A stretch of DNA of 61,022 nt, the filler included, from Catajapyx aquilonaris (lineage: Eukaryota), in the NCBI GenBank assembly GCA_000934665.2. It is 3 parts of 3 records of this genome, joined end to end, with 100 filler letters (N's around TTAATTAATTAA, not from the genome) between each part and the next. Parts side by side here need not be neighbours in the genome. Positions count along the whole stretch, not along the records: positions 40,750 to 61,022 come from JYFJ02006304.1; 2 more parts are not named here. The stretch is one strand, 5' to 3'. Positions 40,850 through 52,918 of this stretch are shown here, one piece after another. Position 1 is the stretch's first letter, and the number at the start of each line of letters is the position of its first letter. The translations under genes were made by a program, and so were the position numbers. The notes under the pieces were generated by a model. That model did no database searches, had not been told where the DNA came from, and saw only the letters and a program-made list of their open reading frames with translations.

Positions 40850-41376
40850 TTTATACGGATCGGCCATGCCCGTTAAGGCCCAACAGCCCACTCACTCTCA
40901 ACACCAACAAACATAATACAAAATAAAACAACTACGCTGCCACCAATCATCCATAATCCAGTCACCCAATAAGTCATCCAGACAACAGTCCACCAGTCAT
41001 CATTCATAATCCAGTCATCCATCATTAAGTCATCAAGTCATAAGCCACCAGTCAACCATCAAGTCATCCAGTCATAAGCCATCAGTCATCCATCATCGAT
41101 TCATACGCCACCAATCATCCAACATCAGTCCACCAGACATCCTCCATCATCAGGCCACCAGTCATCCATCATCAGGCATCAGGCGCTTTTGTTGCAAGGC
41201 CAACCCAGTCCCTTGGACACCGCCGCACATAGCAGTTGGCCCCGTGCTCTCAAAACCTCTGGTAACCTGCAATCCCACAGCACATGTTCGGGGTCCTGCC
41301 TTCCTAAGCTGCACGAACATCTGGCACTCTCCTCGGCTCCTTTGTCAAAAAATCTGGAGAGATAGGCCCGGAATGG
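40850..41376 (-). mobile_element. 5'-truncated non-LTR retrotransposon: ORF2 C-terminal zinc knuckle plus 3' UTR, R1/I-group-like
   Basis: 41376-41179 (-) reads PFRAYLSRFFDKGAEESARCSCSLGRQDPEHVLWDCRLPEVLRARGQLLCAAVSKGLGWPCNKSA*, a C-x-C...EH-x4-C motif preceded by F-x-AYL-x-RF. The presumed 3' UTR contains a degenerate CAGTCATCCATCA minisatellite. Confidence 0.75.
40940..41175. repeat. Degenerate minisatellite (CCAGTCATCCATCA-like units)
   Basis: Many imperfect copies of CAGTCA, CATCCA and CCACCA units. Confidence 0.8.
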
Positions 41377-42058
41377 TAATTCGGCGTAATTCGGCGTAAA
41401 AACCTCGTGATGGTCTCGAATCTCACAGGTACCGACATGGAAAGAAGTGATTGCGGGTCAAAATAAAAAACTGTAGTTGGCCGCGGCGTCCCAGGAGAAA
41501 AATAAGCGCACCATCTCAAAGTGCAACTCTTTCGCGTCCATATACTCCAGTTTCATGCCGATACCTCCATATTTGCGGCCGTGACAGCGAGAGGAAGAAG
41601 TGTCAAACTCACGGGCCGGCCCGCGACGGGCTTCCCCGCAACAATGGATAGCGTAGCCTAGAGCGCGCTCTTAACGAGGAATAATACGCGCGAATTTTGA
41701 TATCAGAAACATTATTTTCTATGCATAAATGAGCAGAGTCTGTTGTGTAAAAAAAATTTGTTTAATAAATATTTCATGTATAAGACGTGTGTAATTTTCT
41801 TCAAAATCATCCAACTCTTGAAACAATAAAACCAAGTATAATTATTGGTACGTGCCATAAAAAATAAAGTGCAGATTGATTACAAGTTAGCCGCATTTCA
41901 TTTTTCAGTTCGTATGTCCAACTGTCCCGGACCCAATGACCTCATGAAATCATTTATTGGCTCAAGTGTCACTGATTAGAAGGGACCGTTTATCTCGAGG
42001 ATACCAGTATATCGCCCATACAACGAACGATAATAATTGTCACACGGTTCCTTTCAAC

Positions 42059-43644
42059 ATGTGGATCGAGACGTTACTCTTTGTGGTCATCCTCATATTA
42101 TGGAATTACCTGAAGGAACCCAAGGGATTTCCGCCAGGGCCCAGGGGCCTGCCCCTGGTCGGATACATGCCCTTCCTGACCTCCCACCCGGCTCGGAAGT
42201 GCCTCCAGCTGTCCAGGAAGTACGGCGACGTCTTGGGGATCACCATCGGGTCGTACAAATGCGTGGTCCTCAACAGTGAGAGCGCCATAAGAGAGGCCCT
42301 GAAGGAGATGTCCTTCTCCGGCCGACCTCAGATGCCCTTCCTGAACGTCAGGTCAGGCGGTAAGAAGAAAGGCGTCCTGTTCGGCGAGGGCAAAGAGTGG
42401 CATGAGCAGCGACGGTTCGTGCTGAAGAACCTGCGTGACTTTGGCTTCGGGAAGAAGTCCATGGAGCAGATGATTCAGGAGGAGGCCAGCGACTTGGTGT
42501 CCAGGTTCAGGTCGCTTCTGGACCGACCTGTGGAGCTGGGGAAAAGCTTCAACGTGGCTGTGGTCAACTCTCTCTGGGCCATGGTCGCAGGGGAGAGGAT
42601 GGCACACGATGATCCGCGGATACTGTTGCTGGTGGATAAACTTGTTACGTGAGTTCTCTATAACAAGCAGTAAGACATGTAACACTAAAAGACTTTTTCC
42701 CACAGGAGCATACGTAGTAATTTCATATTCGCACCAAGAAACTTCATACCGTGGTTGTCGCAATACTTCCCATGGATGGCCAATCAATTGGGCAAGTCAA
42801 GTTCCAAGGTGCTCTCTCCGTTCATGCAAGACGTCATTAAGAGTCATCGTGCAACGTACGATGCCAACCATCCGCGTGACCTAGTTGACATGTACATCAA
42901 GGAAATTGATGAATGCAAGGACGCCAATTCCAGTTTCTACGCAGGGCCTGAAGCCGGTAGGTATTGCGTTCCTGTACGTACCGTGCAAGTTTCATGCAAT
43001 TTGTGTTCGCAGAACTGATGCTGAAGACAGTGCTTCTGGACTTGTTCGTGGCTGGTACTGAAACGACAAGCACCACACTTCGCTGGGCCATCCTGCACAT
43101 TCTGCGCAACCCTTCAGTTCAAACCAAAGTCCAGGCTGAGCTGGACAGCATCGTGGGACGGTCGCGCCTTCCGTCGCTGCAGGACAGACCCAACTTGCCA
43201 TACACGGACGCCACGTTGATGGAGGTGCAACGCATGGCATCGCTTCTCACCTTTTCAGTCTTCCACTCCACGACCGAAGACGTCACATTCCGAGGCCACC
43301 TCATCCCAAAGGACACTATTGTCCTCCCTAATCTGTATGCGATGCTGCACAATCCCGACCACTGGTCAGCACCCGAGATGTTCAGACCAGAGCGGTTCCT
43401 GTCTGAAGATGGGAAGGTGAAGAAAGACCCGCACCTCGTCCCCTTCTCAATGGGAAGGCGGGTCTGCCTCGGAGAAACCCTGGCCCGAGAATCACTCTTC
43501 CTGTTCTTCACTTCAATGCTTCAAAACTTCACCTTCACGACAGTTCCCGGAGAAGACGTGCCCAATCCCGAAGATTCATACATGGGCCTCGTTACCATTC
43601 CCAAGCCATTCAGTGTCATCATGCACGAAAGAGGAGATAAATAA
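42059..43644 (+). CDS. Cytochrome P450, CYP2 clan (CYP15/CYP2L/CYP2J-like), ~490 aa, 3 exons: 42059-42648, 42706-42956, 43013-43644
   Basis: N-terminal anchor + PPGPRGLPLVG; WHEQRRF (WxxxR); AGTETT I-helix; EVQR (ExxR); PERF; heme loop PFSMGRRVCLG; in-phase GT-AG introns (1473 nt). Confidence 0.96.
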
Positions 43645-43702
43645 ATGCCTCATTCAACATCATCAATATTGATCATTAATTGTTATGCACTGGGTTCCTG
43701 AA

Positions 43703-43930
43703 AGAGGATTATTATTAATGTTCTTTATCGTTGCTGTACATAAACCTGTTCAGCTCAAAATAAACCGCATGCACAAGTTAAAGACAAGTCATTATTTCAA
43801 TACGTCTGGATCGATAAAACAAGGATCGCAAGGTTGATATGCTGCTCTCAAGTTCGATGCCGGCATTCTTATCCGTGTCGATCTGATATGACGTATCAAT
43901 CTTATGGGAACCTTCAAACTCCTTGGCCCC
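43703..43930 (+). repeat. P450 upstream segment, copy 1 of a ~230-bp direct repeat
   Basis: Closely matches 60791-61022, e.g. GTCATTATTTCAATACGTCTGGATCGATAAA and AAGGATCGCAAGGTTGATATGCTGCTCTCAAGTTCGATGCCGGCATTCTTATCCGTGTCGATCTGATATGAC. Confidence 0.93.
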
Positions 43931-43951
43931 ACCTTTTGGCTGTCTGCCGTC

Positions 43952-44110
43952 ATGTGGCTCGCAACGATCCTCGTCTTCTTGTTCGTGCTGCTGCTGTGGA
44001 AAGTGGTGAAGGACGCGCCGCACAAGTTCCCTCCCGGCCCATGGGGTCTGCCCGTGGTTGGGTTCATGCCCTTCCTGACATCCAACCCTGCCAAGAAGCT
44101 GGCCCAACTC
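43952..44110 (+). pseudogene. Truncated clan-2 P450 (N-terminal ~53 codons only)
   Basis: MWLATILVFLFVLLLWKVVKDAPHKFPPGPWGLPVVGFMPFLTSNPAKKLAQL aligns to the upstream P450 N-terminus, then switches abruptly to unrelated sequence with no splice donor. Confidence 0.8.
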
Positions 44111-44769
44111 CCTTCCAAGTTCACATCTTGCGATGAACAGTTGACGGGGGCACTGCCACACACGCTTCGAGGTGCTCGTGGATGTTTGGATTTTCCTTTG
44201 TCACCATTACTCGTCTTTTCTTCGTCACCTCCGGTGTTCGGTGCAGTGCGGGTTGTCACTTCTGGCCGTGACCTGAGGTACCAGCAACAGTTCATGTGGC
44301 GAATTTGTTACGATTCAACACTGTGTTGATCCCTTTGTCTGTCACAGTGAAATATTTTAGCTCATACTGATTCCCGATCTGACTGTACGTATATTCCACG
44401 TTGGCAAGAGCAACAATGAACCCTTCCCAAAAGGGAATTATTTTTGAAGGCATGCCCCAAAAAGGCATCCCCAAGAAGTAGTTTCTTGGTGGTACAAAAC
44501 TCGTCACACTCTGTAGAGTCAGATTCAGCGTTTATTCACCAAAAAGGTCAACCTGTAGTGATATATATGATATATACCACTTTTTCCCAAAATCACAATT
44601 TGAATGACCCGTGCCCCCGTAGTCTTCTGTACCATATGAAGAAGAATGATGTTGTAAATAAACTGGGTTAGTATCATTTCCAGGCTTTTTAATTTATACA
44701 TGTACTGTACGGACAGGACACTGGACCGGGGTGGGCAACTATTTAATAGTAATTTACTCAAAGTAACTG

Positions 44770-44870
44770 TTCCGTCACACTTCGCCCGAAACAAACTCGC
44801 CCGATGCAAATTCGCCCGACAAAAACACGCCCGACGTATATATTCGCCCGAAGCAAACTACCGTACATTC
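44770..44870 (+). repeat. Array of CGCCCGA motifs at 15-17 bp spacing; probable DNA-transposon subterminal repeat
   Basis: Five CGCCCGA copies: TTCGCCCGAA, CTCGCCCGAT, TTCGCCCGAC, CACGCCCGAC, TTCGCCCGAA. Confidence 0.6.
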
Positions 44871-45504
44871 TCGACACTTAAATCCGATTAACTAGGACAG
44901 GAGGCTGCCCACCGTCTATTATAAAGCCTACTAGACGTGAAAGATGCATTATTTATTGTACAACAAGTAAGTTCAATGATACCGGTACTACTCAATATTA
45001 TAAGACATATTACATTAACACCATGTGCTCAGTTCAGATAAGGGAATAAAGGAAAAATCAACTTATTCCCAGTTATAATCTCATGCAGCGTTTAGGTCCA
45101 GTTGTGCGATTGGCATTATTTACGGTCGAGTTTCAATTCACACTACATGGGCAAGGCGGTAACGGAGGTAAATGCGTAGTGACATCAGGTGACATGTCAG
45201 TAAAGTGGCAAAAATATAAAAGATAGGACAGTCCTGATGCTTCAGCCACTCTCATTTCACCTCAGGAGGGAGCTGCAGATAAAATCAACATTAACAATAC
45301 ATTAATGCAGTAGGCCCACAGGGTGTTTCACTATAGGCAGTCCCTCCAGAGAAAAAATTAAATTTTTCCTCCCACCCTGTACTGTATACCTAGAAACATG
45401 ATGAAGTTTGATTTAAAACTTACCTACGAGTAATAAATCATAAAGAAATGTAGCACCACCAATCCACCATTCACAGTAAATGTTTTAATATTGTCCTTCA
45501 CCAA

Positions 45505-45826
45505 GGGAGACGGAGTGGCGCCGCGGTAACGCGCGCGCCCACGGAAGTTAAGGTCCCGGGGTTCCCACCTTCTTTCGTGCAGAGTTGGGCCATCTCTGGC
45601 TTCGTTTCGGGTGGCAGTTTCCGACAGACTAAGCCACCCGGGGGAGTTCACAAAATGACACATTAACGACAATGCACATGCACTTCGCACATCCCCTCCT
45701 ATTCATTCCCCCTTCGCTCGCGGTACCAGGGCGTTACGGAAAAGGACCACGCATAAAAGCTTGTACACCTTAAGCAAATAAAGGTACCGTGCCAGATGCC
45801 CAATTAGGGCGGTGCACTAACCCGAT
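45505..45826 (+). mobile_element. SINE-like insertion with a degenerate tRNA-like head
   Basis: Perfect 16-bp TSD TATTGTCCTTCACCAA at 45489-45504 and 45827-45842; starts GGGAGACGGAGTGGCGCCGCGGTAAC (A-box-like), followed by GGTCCCGGGGTTCCCACC (weak B box). Confidence 0.75.
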
Positions 45827-48449
45827 TATTGTCCTTCACCAACATACAGACACACTAGAACGCAGCATATCCTCAATTCCTCATCAACAGTCGGGTTGGT
45901 TGGTTTGGTTAGGTAAGGTCCTTCTTTCCAAGTCTTATTGTAACATGCGACGTTTATTATGTCGTATGCACAAGTCTTCAAAAATATTCCCGTTCGCGGC
46001 TATTAGGCAGATGGAAACAGAATACACAATCTATACGTAGGCCTATACTGTATTAGTGATGAACGTCGCAGTGACTTATTTTTCGGTGATCCCGCCAACC
46101 TGTCCTTCACTTGTTAGATTTTTAATGCGCCTCTAAATGAGGTCATGCGCTAATGATCCAAAAACACCCACAATGCGGTAATCCGGATGTTAAGGATGAG
46201 CAAGTGAATAACGTCAATTCCAGTGTGAGGATAGGCACATAGATCGACCAGACCACACTCTACTTGGTGAAATCATCCATCCTGGTGATAACCAAACCCA
46301 CGCAGCAGAATGTGGTGAGATAAAGGGGGCTATAGGGAAGTAGGAAACTCTCAAAATACTCCTTCGCATGTCACCGCGGCATCCTTTGGGGGCGGACAAG
46401 CAGCTTTTTAACAGAAATTCGCTGCCTAAAGTATAATGGTATTATTTATTTCAGTTGTTAACTGTCAAATTAACTTCAACTTTGGTATCCTCCTACCTCT
46501 CTTGTTACTAGGCTATTCATAATATTATCCATTATATAGTCCAGATAATCTTAATCGAAACTTTTTACCACATCTTGTTAAAGAGCCCACCATTTTCCAT
46601 TTCTTGGTGGGTGACCGAATAATAGTACGATTTTCTGCAAGTAATTGTGGCCATTTTGCCTTTACGTTTATCACAACCAGTTCAGACTGAGTCATTGACC
46701 TCCAAGACTCTACAGACTCTTTACCTCTGAGAGGGTAATGAATTTTTGCATGCAATATTTATTAAAGGGTATTCGGCCATTTTCAATTTGCGTTTGGCAT
46801 ATGCTGGCAATGACCCAAGAAATGAAAGTTCAACCGCACTTCCAAGGTCACGCTTAGCCTACTCTATATAAAAGTATGGAATATAGTAACATGTGCTAAT
46901 AACATTGTGTTTTCCAAAATCCAGCTCAAAAAAATTTCCATGTGAAAGTAAATATTTTCACAGCTAGGTTCCGGATCAACAAAATATGCACTTTCTTGTC
47001 AGTGTTGCGATCACAAATAAACCTTTCTTTCAGATTAGAAATGAAGAGTGTACCTACTTTATTGGGCAACGCACTATTTATCATCTGGAATTGTTTTGCA
47101 AGGGTGGCCTGCTTGGTTAAGTCAAAATATTTTTATTGCAAATATTTTATCGCGAAATCAACAGCAATAAATTATATCAAAACAGTAGGTACTGAATTTC
47201 TGCATCGTAACTGCTGTGTCGAGCAAGATACCTATTCAAGCAGCCGTATAGTTGAGTCGCACAATTATTTTGTTTAGCTCCAATTATTGACTGAACCGCC
47301 CGTACCATTATTTTTTAATATTGAAAGCAGGCGTCAGCAATAATTACTGTGCATGCCGAAAAAAGTGCGACATGGCCCAATTTACTGATTGCTGCAAAGA
47401 GAGTGAAATCTTCCCACATATCCTCTATGCCAGTAGTGTATAGCCAGTACAGTTGTACCGGCTAAAGCGGTACAGTACACTTCAAAGGGTTTTTTTTTTG
47501 TCCAGGGTCACACCCCCATTTCTGTCAACTGGCACTACTGGGCCACACGCATCACACGTCCTGAGGGGGCGGGTGGGTGCGAATCGGCCAATGGCGACCA
47601 TTGGCAGCTTGGACCTCGAAGGAAAGGGAAGGAGGGGAGTGATGTGCAGGTCGCGGTGCAGCTGGTACAACAATAACTGTGGTGGCGTGGCAAGGACGAC
47701 CATTCGACGTACCGGTATGTCATAATAGAACTATCATGACATTTTTATGAGATTCGTTAAGTAGACCCATGAGAAGTACACGTTAATTGCCCTAGAATGT
47801 GTGCCAATGGGGGACAGTCAAATTGGGGTGAATTAAAATGCGGAATGGTAATGTCAATATTAAATGTATTTTATGATGCAGGATAGGTTTGTGGTGTTGC
47901 TGGAATGCAACCATCGTTCACACTGTCAAGAACGTATAAGGCCGCTGCTGCAGTCACGTTGGTCGCAATAATGATTAACCCTGGACAAGGATGACGCTCA
48001 ATGACCTTGGATGTAACTGCAATTGACGGCGATTTGCGGCATATACATGCAATGAAAAGTCCTTAAAAATCCGGGCTGGGCATAACCGACTTTAATTTTG
48101 AAAAATGTCCTTCATTTTGGAAATATTGCAAAAAAAATTGAGTTTACGTACATGATGAGAACTGTAGGCCATAAAATGATGCGGCTTGCGCTATTTTGGT
48201 TTAAATGCTTTCTCAAACTTAAAGTGCATTATAATGACACCTTCTTGGGTATTAAGGTTGCATAAGCTTAATTAGTGACTCAAAATTGAAATTTTGCTTT
48301 TGAATGTCATTGGACTAATAATTACTATAGGCTGCACAAATTTCCCTGAATATTTTACATTCAGTTATCTCCATGGAATATCCTTGAATGTTTTGAAGTA
48401 AGGTCACACATTTACTGTTCCAAGTTCACCTGATTAATAGTTGACAATG

Positions 48450-51200
48450 TCAGTATACAGTGTTGGGCGCTGCCACGATCAGTTAAGAGCATTTGCATGG
48501 TTACAAGTAAAATGTGATGTCATTACTACTGTATTCTAAGGCTGATTGGGGAGATTTCAAGGTTGCATGCCATGCTAAAGTGATGAGTAACTATCAATGT
48601 AGTGTCATTTTAGCTTCAGAATATGTCAGTGTGAAAGATTTCTTCCGCAAACAATCACTGTAATAATCTGCCATGTAATGTTGTACGTCATTTGTAGCAT
48701 GTAATTTAGCATTCCATGCTTCCAATTAATATATTTCAAGCCACACTACAGCAGAAATTTGAATTATTATTCACAGATGTGAATAGTGGCAACTTAATAA
48801 TTATGCAGTGTTGAAGGCAATAAAACTAACTATTTAAGTGACGATATTTGGCTGACACATTCAAAGACATATTATTCAAAAACTTGAGTCTCAATTTTTC
48901 ACAGAAAGATTTGCCCAATTGCTGTTGCAGCTCTATTGCAAGCGTATTAGGCAATTACTCTTGCAAAGTTACTCGTAATGGTTATCAAAAGCACTAGCTG
49001 CTAATATATTAGGCCGAATGGAATCACATATCCAAGCTCTGAATTTCAAAGCATCGAATTTTCCATTGCAAAATGACTGAATGCAAAAATTGGCATCGAC
49101 CTTGAATGATTGAATTCATTTTTGCAGCATTTATTAAGGATGGGTACATGCAACCTAGTATTAGTAGCTTAGTCATCTTGATAGCCACTAAATGTAACTC
49201 TGCAAAAGTCACTGCATGGCAATAAATAAAGCGCATACGCGTACCACAAAGAGGCAATCATCACCCTCAACGATAGCGAGTTGAAGTATTACTCTCATGT
49301 GACCTATGCTCATTCATTACATTTTGCAGATGGTGCATCTGATTGATGGGTCTCTGGACATCACCTGTCTGATTTCTACCAAACCAACAATGACTTTGGC
49401 CTCATCCAAATCAACTTCTGGAATGAAGCGATGTGAGGGGCTGTCATCAGATGCCTATAGTGAAACCCTCATTTGCCATCTACCATCCTGGGCAGACCAG
49501 ACATGGACATGGTAAGCATTACACTTGTTTGTTAGAAAATATATTGGCCAATACAATCGTGGAAAAATGTTTCTCGATGCTAATTTTTTCGGTTGAGATT
49601 ATGGCTGGGAAGACAATTACATTCATTCTAGATATTGCGACAGTCTGTGCCAAGCAGATGTTACTTTCCAGAAATGAGGGGTGTGGACGTGTGGTGGGAA
49701 AATGTGATAACCCACAAAAGTGTAATTTTTCAGGAGAGCGAATTGAAGTCTGCACTCTCTTCACAAAGGAATGAGGGTATAGGGGTGGTCCGTGTTGCAG
49801 TGCATACATGATACGTGAACTTGGAGAATACCAAACTATTTGTCATGTCTTTTACATTTTGGTAGACCTGTGTTTAGGTTGAAAATGACAAAAATTCGTA
49901 TGTTAACACCTCTTTCCACCACACCCCTCAAATCATTATGCAACAAAAATTGTCAAGTTTATTTCCCAAGTTTGTTCTTTGAGTAATGGGACTTTAATAT
50001 TGTTAGTTACGCTTCTGATGAAGTTGCCAGTCGTACTTGTCTAGTGTGATATCAGTACCATTCTAAGACTGAATACAGGAGGGAGATTTCATGAAAAAAT
50101 TGATGATAAGAGATGAGCAACTCTCAGTTTATTGGGCGCATATGTAATGGCATGCTGGCATCAAAATATTATGACAACTTGTAAGATTGTTTGCAAGCTA
50201 TCACATTTCTATACTGCAATGCGCCACTACATAAGTGCTCATGAAACTGATCTTGAATGATCCCACTTAATGTGTGCCAAATCATACCAAAGCAGAAATT
50301 TGAATTATTATTATTCACAGATGTGAATAGTGGCAACAGTGTTGAAGGCAATAAAAGTAACTATTTTGAAGATATTTGACTGACACACATTCAATATGTC
50401 TTTTCAGTTCTTGAGCACTTTAAGCCCATTGGACCTAATTGGCAAATTATTAATGCAATACAAGTCGTAACTGGATCCATTGGCTTTCATTGGCCATTAA
50501 CTTCCTATTTGTCTTGCGTCCATTGTTTTCAGTTCTCCAGAGTGAATTCGCCAATTAAGTCAAATGAAAGAGGTTCCTTGACACATATATCTGCTGAACT
50601 GATTGGTTTGAAATTGTGTGTTTGGCAATAGCTGTGACCTTGATTGTATCAAGTGATAACTTAATTGCAGGATTTCTAGTACAGTAGTTCATCAAGACTG
50701 CCCACAGTTATTACGAGTATTATTGATGACAAAGATGTTGATCTAGCAGTTCTAAGTTCATCCAGTCTCATTTATGTGAAGATTCTGGGTTATTTGTAGG
50801 CATCAAACATATATCTTGGTGGATTTTGTAGTCTGCTACTAAAAAGTTCTAAGACAAAGCACTTGATTGTGTGGCAATGCAACCTATAATTAGTAGCCTA
50901 GCTAATTCTTTTGATAACAACTATTACTGTGCAAAAGTCACTGCATGGCGAAGCATGTATAAGTGCCACAAAGAGAGGCAATGAGCATTTGACTTGTACT
51001 CATTACACCTTGCAGAATGATGATGCATCTGATTGGTTCATGACATAACCTGTCTGATTCTGGGAAACCAACAACCACTTTGGCCGCATCCAAATCAACT
51101 TATGGTATCAAGCAGGTGCTGTCATCATCTGAGGCCTCAACCCTTCATTCGCCATCTACTATCCTGGCACACCAGACATGGACATGGTAAGCATTATTAC
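48450..51200 (+). repeat. Old tandem duplication (~1.6-1.7 kb period)
   Basis: Shared blocks: AGCAGAAATTTGAATTATTATT...GTGAATAGTGGCAAC (48751/50291), TGCAAAAGTCACTGCATGGC (49201/50930), CATCCAAATCAACTT (49402/51087), ACCAGACATGGACATGGTAAGCATTA (49496/51171). Confidence 0.85.
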
Positions 51201-52625
51201 AATTGTACACCTCATGTCCATACATTAGGCAATGAATATGGAAGCCAGTGAATATTGGAAGCTATAGTACTGTACTTGGTCAGTGAGAACAGTAGCTATT
51301 AGAAGAAAATGTTAATCGCCCATTCATTTTGAAGGCTGCGGCTAACGCATTATTATGAGGAGTTTAAAGAAAGATTAAGTATTAACACCATACAACATCA
51401 GGTGCTTGTTGCGGCCATCTTTGGTAGGTGTGCGCGCAGTAGGTGGTCATAATTATACTGTATTTGTCCAAAATGCATAATCTCTTCTTGTGATGTCACA
51501 TTTATCTGAGTCGTCGTCTTGTCTGTTCAGCATCGAGAGCCGGCCTTGGGGAGTGCAGATGCGAGTGATGCAGCATCCACTACTTCGCGGAGGATGCTTT
51601 GGAGACACAATGTGAAAATCCCACTTGGTTCGACGGACAGCTGATTTTCATCCCAATCCACGTCTCCAATCAGATGCGTCAAACTCATCTTGGTTGTTCC
51701 TCGACTAAGTTTTCGCAACTCAACACCCATGGTGAGCATCACATACTTGTATACCTTTGTGCTGCTGCTATCCCAAGTTGTTTGGCAGTAATTTTCAGGA
51801 CTAAAATGGGGTTTCTCATTATTGAGGCTTATACTTGATGGTAGGATGCTGAGGAAATTTGTTGTAGCATGCCTCACATCAATGGTTTAATGTTAGTTTA
51901 ATAAAATATGGGAAGGCATTAATTTAATTTTTGTGAGCGCAAAACCTACTCTCACGTCAGATTTCCAGATGGTAAAATGGGTTGAATATTGCATTTTGAG
52001 ACATGAAAAAGGCAGAGAACTGTTGCAAAGATGAGGAAGATTATTGTTTGAAACTGATCAGATTAATTAGATATCAAAATGGTAATTTTCATTAATTAAT
52101 GTGTCATATCAGGCTGCAATTAAATTTCAAAACTCGATGACTGAAATAGTCATTTTGCCATGTGACTAATTGGCCAATACTTCTCAACGCCTTTGACTCA
52201 GCAGATTTATACGATTCCTCTTTTTATAATAACAAAGGTGATGTTATTGTTGTGCCAATATTTTAATTCGAAGTATGTTCATTAAATAAATTAGCAGTAT
52301 GAAGGCACTTCATAAATATTTAATATTCATGATCATCTGCAAGTCATTTGAGTTCAGCTGGCTGGTAGAATAAATTCAAGGTCAAATTCAGGAGAAAGTT
52401 CCATGCTTTAAAATTTCCCACTTGCATCATGACCATTTCACTTACCTGCCCCCTGTCAAAGTTTCTGTAGTTTCCTTCTTTCTAGATTGTCATCCTAGAA
52501 AGTATGCAAGGAGGAACAGTTACTTCGAAGATCCTGGAAAAGAGCAGCAGTCGGAAGAACAGTTATATTTGTGTGGACCTCTTTATTGCTATTTTTGTAC
52601 AGTGTATATTGGCTGTAATAAATAG

Positions 52626-52918
52626 TGTCCTTGCCTCTCCTCCCTCCGCCTACTGATGGCCAGGGGGAGAGGCTTTGATGGTTGGGGGCCCATGGGCAAT
52701 GTAAGATACGTTGCCTCCCCTTCCCCTATCCTCCCAGGGCTTGCCCTGGGGGGATAGAGGACAGGAGGGCAATGTAACTTACATTGTCCACACATGCACC
52801 CCCCCCATCCATCAAAGCCTCACCTTCAATGGACGGGGGCACATGTGGACAACGTAACCTACGTCATCCACATGCACCCCCACCCATCAGCAGGCAGAGG
52901 GAGGAGCAGCAAGGGACA
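52626..52918. mobile_element. GC-rich nested foldback element
   Basis: Outer inverted repeat TGTCCTTGCCTCTCCTCCCTCCGCCTACTGATGG / CCATCAGCAGGCAGAGGGAGGAGCAGCAAGGGACA; inner palindrome 52668-52821 centred on CCCAGGGC-TT-GCCCTGGG. Confidence 0.7.

Noticed and set aside
41957..42058. N-terminal extension of the P450 ORF
   Set aside because: It starts at a non-ATG codon; the membrane anchor begins at ATG 42059.
52690..52875. Three palindromic repeats with spacers, CRISPR-like
   Set aside because: The repeats are degenerate, the spacers are themselves inverted repeats, there are no cas genes and the context is eukaryotic.
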